Source: a virus (lineage: Duplodnaviria > Caudoviricetes). Taken from it: 37,564 nt of DNA. Position 1 is the stretch's first letter, and every line of letters begins with the position of its first letter. Where the stretch lies: positions 1 to 37,564 of IMG/VR virus record IMGVR_UViG_3300036783_000187. One strand, 5' to 3'. Positions 33,472 to 37,564 of this stretch are shown in pieces. Both the position numbers and the translations under genes were made by a program. The notes beneath the pieces were generated by a model. It was given only the letters and a program-made list of their open reading frames with translations, searched no databases and was not told where the DNA came from.

Positions 33472-35016
33472 TCAGTCGACCACCAGGTTGAATCCCGGCT
33501 TGCCCAGCGGCTGCAATTCGGCGTGCTCGGGCTTCTCGACACCGGTGAACTGCTTGTCCAGTGACGTCGGGGCGGTGCTGCGCTTGACCACCACCGGGGC
33601 ACCGGTGCCGGTGAACCGCTTGGCCGCGTACTCGGCCAGCGCGGCCGCGCACACCGTGTCCGGCAGGTGGTACTTCTTCTCGGAGCTGTACAGGTCGCCG
33701 GTGCTGCAGTACTTCATCTCGATGAAGGCGCTGGTGATCCGGGGGATGCGCCAGGTGCCCTTCTCCACCGCGTTGACGTAGTCCGAGAGCAGGATGGCCC
33801 GCTTGTCCCCGGTCATCGGGAACGGCCGGGCCCGGATGTCGAGGTAGTCGTTGACCACGTTGCCCAGGCCGGTGGAATCGTGCCAGACGCCCTTGAGCGG
33901 CACCCGGTAGTAGGAGATCGCCTTGTTCAGGTAGCCGATCATCTGCGGGTAGGGCCGCCGGTTGGCCCGCAGGAAGTAGACGAGCTCGCGCTGCGGGCCG
34001 TCGATCCGGGCCACCCAGATCACCGTCTTGTCCTGCTCCTTGGCCCAGTCGGCGCCGGCCACGTACTGGGCGCCGTCGGCCCGGCGGGCGAACCGGTACT
34101 CCTGGAAGTCCTTGAGCTCCTTGTGCTCGAGGTAGCCCGGACCGGTGCCCACCTTGTCGGTCGGGGCGAACTTGAGGCAGAACGCCCTCTCCACGGCGTC
34201 ACTGTCGAAGGCCCGGTTGCCGATGGACGGCTCGCCCAGGTCGTACTCCACCCGGAACATCTCCGCGGAGACCGAGTCCTTCTTCTCCTGGATGGTCTTC
34301 TGGGTCAGCCAGCCGTCCACCGGGTTCGCCGACTCCCGGTAGCACCACTTGTACGACGGCTCGTGTTTCTCATCGGCCCGCCGCAGGATCTCGGTGAAGG
34401 CGCCGTCCGGGTTCTGCCAGGTGGAGGACACCACGGTGAAGGTGTCCACCGTCTCGTTGAGGTAGTTGCGCTGCGGCAGCGGCTGGCCCAGTGCGGCGTC
34501 GTAGATGTCCAGGTCCATCTCGTCGGCCTCGTCGATCAACAGGATCGACGGGTGCGGGCCGCGGACGTTGCGCTGGGAGGCGGGCAGCGGGCGGATCCGG
34601 CCCTCGTTGGTCAGCTTGGTCTTCGTCGCGGTCTGGTCGATGGTCATCGAGTTCGGGATGCCGTCGAACTCCATCGTCTTGCTCATGTACTCGTGCACGT
34701 TGTTCGACTGGGCCAGCGACCCGCCCAGGATGGTGATGTCGGCGCCGATGACGTAGGCGAAGAACAGCCCCAGGGTGGCCAGGCTGTAGCTCTTGCCGGC
34801 AAGCCCACGGGAGGCGTGCCAGATGGCCCGGGAGATCGGCCCCTCGAATCCGGGCAGCGTGCACTCCCGGAAGTAGGCGTCGGCGAAGGCGTCGAACGGC
34901 GCGCAGTGATCCGGGCAGACCCTGGTCCGCGGGATCCGCACCCCGAACAGCGCCTGGACCGCCCAGTACAGCTGGTCCCGGTCCTGGGGAGGATAGGGTA
35001 ACTGGACCTGAGGCAC
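33472..35016 (-). CDS. Terminase large subunit
   Basis: Walker A-like SRGLAGKS, Walker B LLIDEADE, SST motif, nuclease GADWAK..D, HDSTGLG, HLPDTV. Confidence 0.93.
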   Translation of the reverse strand: MPQVQLPYPPQDRDQLYWAVQALFGVRIPRTRVCPDHCAPFDAFADAYFRECTLPGFEGPISRAIWHASRGLAGKSYSLATLGLFFAYVIGADITILGGSLAQSNNVHEYMSKTMEFDGIPNSMTIDQTATKTKLTNEGRIRPLPASQRNVRGPHPSILLIDEADEMDLDIYDAALGQPLPQRNYLNETVDTFTVVSSTWQNPDGAFTEILRRADEKHEPSYKWCYRESANPVDGWLTQKTIQEKKDSVSAEMFRVEYDLGEPSIGNRAFDSDAVERAFCLKFAPTDKVGTGPGYLEHKELKDFQEYRFARRADGAQYVAGADWAKEQDKTVIWVARIDGPQRELVYFLRANRRPYPQMIGYLNKAISYYRVPLKGVWHDSTGLGNVVNDYLDIRARPFPMTGDKRAILLSDYVNAVEKGTWRIPRITSAFIEMKYCSTGDLYSSEKKYHLPDTVCAAALAEYAAKRFTGTGAPVVVKRSTAPTSLDKQFTGVEKPEHAELQPLGKPGFNLVVD

Positions 35017-35118
35017 GGCAATACCCCTTCTGCCTCATATGCATGAACGGCTCCACCTGGTGCTGATACACCAGGCAGAGCCTGACCTTGGATCGACGAG
35101 ACCGATCGGCAGGCTGAC

Positions 35119-35592
35119 ATGACCTTATTCGGCGAAGCCCGGATCTATTACGAAGCACATGTCGACGACGACACCAACGAATGCCTGATCTGGCCGTTCG
35201 GAACCAGTACCGATGGTTACGGGAAGGTCCGGATCGGCAGTCGCACCTGCAGAGTTCACCTACTTGCCTGCGAGCGACACCACGGCCCCAGGCCGCAGGG
35301 CATGTACGCGCTTCATCTCCCGGTGATCTGTCACAACCAGAAATGCTTCAACTGGCAACACCTGTACTGGGGGACCCAGAAACAGAACATGGCCGACCGG
35401 GTGACCGACGGAAACGGCTGGATTCAAGATGGCGAGAACAATTACAACGCCAAGATGACCTGGGCTCTGATCAACGAGATCCGTGCACGTTATGCCGCAG
35501 GCGGAATCACCCAAGGGGCACTTGGCGCCGAATACGGAATGGACCGTCGCCGCGTAAGTCTGATCGTCACTCGACGCGTATGGCAGTCCTAG
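35119..35592 (+). CDS. HNH homing endonuclease with C-terminal HTH, antisense to the virion operon
   Basis: CLIWP...GYG...VH...H...CHN..CFN..HL..GT.KQN..D; GEN..NAKMT...IR...LGAEYGM. Confidence 0.88.
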   Translation: MTLFGEARIYYEAHVDDDTNECLIWPFGTSTDGYGKVRIGSRTCRVHLLACERHHGPRPQGMYALHLPVICHNQKCFNWQHLYWGTQKQNMADRVTDGNGWIQDGENNYNAKMTWALINEIRARYAAGGITQGALGAEYGMDRRRVSLIVTRRVWQS

Positions 35593-35984
35593 AGCGAGAT
35601 CGCGATGTCACCCACCGCGGAGAGCAGCTGGCCGGACGCCAGGACCGAGATCGGGGTGGCCAGCTTCTTGGCGAAGACCATGAACCCGCCGCCGATCACG
35701 GTCCAGACGGCGAGATAGGCCACTATGCACTGTGGCATGCCGGGGAAGATCTGCGCGTTGGTGCAGACCCGGGTGCGGTTGGATGACGGGGCGAAGCTGA
35801 TCGGCTGCCGCTGGTAGCCACCGCCGGCGACCTCGGACCCGGCATTGCCCAGTGCGGTCGGATCCGACAGGTGCGCGGCCAGCACCGCGCTCTTGGGGAT
35901 GATGTAGTTCAGCGCGGCGTTGGCAGCCCAGTCGCTGAGCACATCCCCGCCCGTCGCGAGCGGGATGACGATCGCACCGGTCAC
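35589..35984 (-). CDS. Minor tail protein
   Basis: H..DPT...EVAGGGYQRQ.ISF...N...FP...W...GG...L motif of small tail-associated phage proteins; start codon uncertain. Confidence 0.7.
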   Translation of the reverse strand: MTGAIVIPLATGGDVLSDWAANAALNYIIPKSAVLAAHLSDPTALGNAGSEVAGGGYQRQPISFAPSSNRTRVCTNAQIFPGMPQCIVAYLAVWTVIGGGFMVFAKKLATPISVLASGQLLSAVGDIAISL

Positions 35985-35994
35985 GGCAGTCTCC

Positions 35995-37164
35995 TCAGCG
36001 GTAGGTGTTGTTGGTACCCACCCGGGGCGGCTTGCCCGACTGGATGGATTTGCTGCCGTTGCTGCCGGCGCCGGCCAGCCGCGGGCTGCGGGCGATGCCC
36101 AGGCCGTCGTCCCGCTGGGTCATCCGCAGGTAGCGCGGCGGGACAACCCCACCACTGAGGTAGACGTTATCGGTCCAGGTCTGATCGGCAGTGGCTCCAG
36201 CGGTGATGTACAGGCCACCCTCGGCCACAATGCACCCGAACGCATACCGGGGAATCGGCAGATCGCCTATTTTTGTCCAGGCTGGTGCCCCGGGAAGCAG
36301 TTGATAGATCGCGCTCTGCGGAATGTTGGATCCGTCGTCGAGACGGCCGCCGAGCATATACAGGGTGGTGCCGTCGACAACGAAACCCGGCCAAGCCACT
36401 ATCGGGCCCGGCGGGGTCGGCAGCCTGGCCCAGGTATTACTGGCGATGGTGTAGGCCGAGACGAACATGCCGCCGTCGTTGTTCTCGTAGACGAAGACGG
36501 TCGAGCCGTTGGCCGCCAGTACCACGTCACCGGCATAGGTACCGGAATTCGTCGGCCGATCGGCAAGCTGGGTGAAGGTGTCGGTCCGGACGTCATATCC
36601 CCAGAATTGGTAATTCTGGGTTTCCCGCTCATTGGTGTGCGGATCGGGTTTGTCGACATATCCGACCGAATACATCGTGGTGCCAATACCTATAGTGATG
36701 TCCCACGGTGCCTCCAGCACGGTTACCGGAGGAGGTCCGTCACTGGATCGTTGGTAGGGCCGCCAGTGCGGCTGTAGGTCGATATCGAAGGTGGCCAATA
36801 CGGACCAGGTATCGGCCTTTTCGTCGTAAACCTGCAAGGAGCCGTAGGTCTCAATGAATTCGGCATCATGTGTCGGCACCCCAGTCGGCCAGCGGTATGC
36901 GGGCCGGACGAAGTACAGCTTCCCGTCGACGACCGCCAACTGGTTGCGGTAGTTCTGGGCGTAATGGTTGTCGTGCGGCACCGGGCCGGTTTTGTACTCC
37001 CAGCTGTCGGTGGCAATGGTGTAGACCAGCAGACCGAGATAGCCGGGACCGTCCTGGAAGACGACCGAGTAGAGCTTGCCGTTGAGATACCGCAGGATCT
37101 GCCAGTTGATGGTGTACGGGGTGGAGGCCTTATTAGTCCAGACAAAGGGGAGTGTCAGCGCCAT
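35995..37164 (-). CDS. Kelch-repeat beta-propeller minor tail/accessory protein
   Basis: Six Kelch-like blades (GKLYSV, GKLYFV, GTTMYSVG, GSTVFVY, GTTLYMLGG, GGLYITAG, with Y..W spacing); TGATG overlap at 37164. Confidence 0.75.
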   Translation of the reverse strand: MALTLPFVWTNKASTPYTINWQILRYLNGKLYSVVFQDGPGYLGLLVYTIATDSWEYKTGPVPHDNHYAQNYRNQLAVVDGKLYFVRPAYRWPTGVPTHDAEFIETYGSLQVYDEKADTWSVLATFDIDLQPHWRPYQRSSDGPPPVTVLEAPWDITIGIGTTMYSVGYVDKPDPHTNERETQNYQFWGYDVRTDTFTQLADRPTNSGTYAGDVVLAANGSTVFVYENNDGGMFVSAYTIASNTWARLPTPPGPIVAWPGFVVDGTTLYMLGGRLDDGSNIPQSAIYQLLPGAPAWTKIGDLPIPRYAFGCIVAEGGLYITAGATADQTWTDNVYLSGGVVPPRYLRMTQRDDGLGIARSPRLAGAGSNGSKSIQSGKPPRVGTNNTYR

Positions 37165-37564
37165 CAGGCATCGGTCCCGGGGTTCGACCGGTACAGCCGG
37201 GCCATGAAGTAGACAGTCTCGGTGTACTCGGCATAGAACATCGCGTAAAGGCTGATCGACGTCGCGGTCTGCCGGTATCCCGGCGGCGGGTTGAGCTTGT
37301 AGTTCGCGTTCCCGGTGTTGTCGTAGCTCCAGGTGGAGCCGTCGACGAGTAGGCCGGTCGGGCCGTTGCCGTCGTCCTCGGCACCCGGGGAGAAACCGGC
37401 CCGGTTGTAGACCCCGTTCTGCCGGTTGCCCCAGCCGATGATGAAGGCGTCCTTCATCGGGGCCAGGTAGTTGCCCGGCGGCCATGGCTGCCCGGTCTTC
37501 GGGTCGATCGACTCGAAGGCGTTGTCCAGGAAGGCGGACGGGCCCTGGTTGTCCCGCGGCATCG
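37164..37564 (-). CDS. 3' part of a probable minor tail protein, truncated by the window edge
   Basis: Open frame to the window edge, high GC3, coupled to the Kelch gene. Confidence 0.6.
   Translation of the reverse strand, partial: MPRDNQGPSAFLDNAFESIDPKTGQPWPPGNYLAPMKDAFIIGWGNRQNGVYNRAGFSPGAEDDGNGPTGLLVDGSTWSYDNTGNANYKLNPPPGYRQTATSISLYAMFYAEYTETVYFMARLYRSNPGTDA

Noticed and set aside
1-37564. Integrase, repressor, lysin, replication genes or att sites
   Set aside because: None recognisable in this window, so lifestyle cannot be determined

Overview
High-GC tailed-phage (siphovirus-like) genome segment, most likely from an actinobacterial phage or prophage. Bases 1-10487 (+) are an early/accessory arm of about 30 short, mostly overlapping genes. 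It includes many Cys-rich Zn-ribbon proteins, a HicA-like gene, a DUF4192-like gene, an SHYA-repeat protein and an Mrr-like nuclease, and is punctuated by terminator hairpins. Bases 10559-37564 (-) are the virion operon: minor tail/Kelch genes, an oppositely oriented HNH endonuclease, terminase, portal, five unusual head-region genes, scaffold, decoration protein, major capsid, head-tail connectors, major tail, tail chaperones and tape measure, ending at a convergent terminator. The most notable observations are: (1) head-region proteins that look like protease-processed capsid cargo, with recurring hydrophobic-x-K sites and shared leaders; (2) an XkdF-type maturation protease apparently split between a polyprotein and the scaffold N-terminus; (3) an early gene that is a paralog of the C-terminal part of a head-region protein, both carrying SHY(A/G) repeats; (4) two homologous promoter-structured RNA-terminator cassettes. 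All family assignments come from motif recognition by eye, not database searches.
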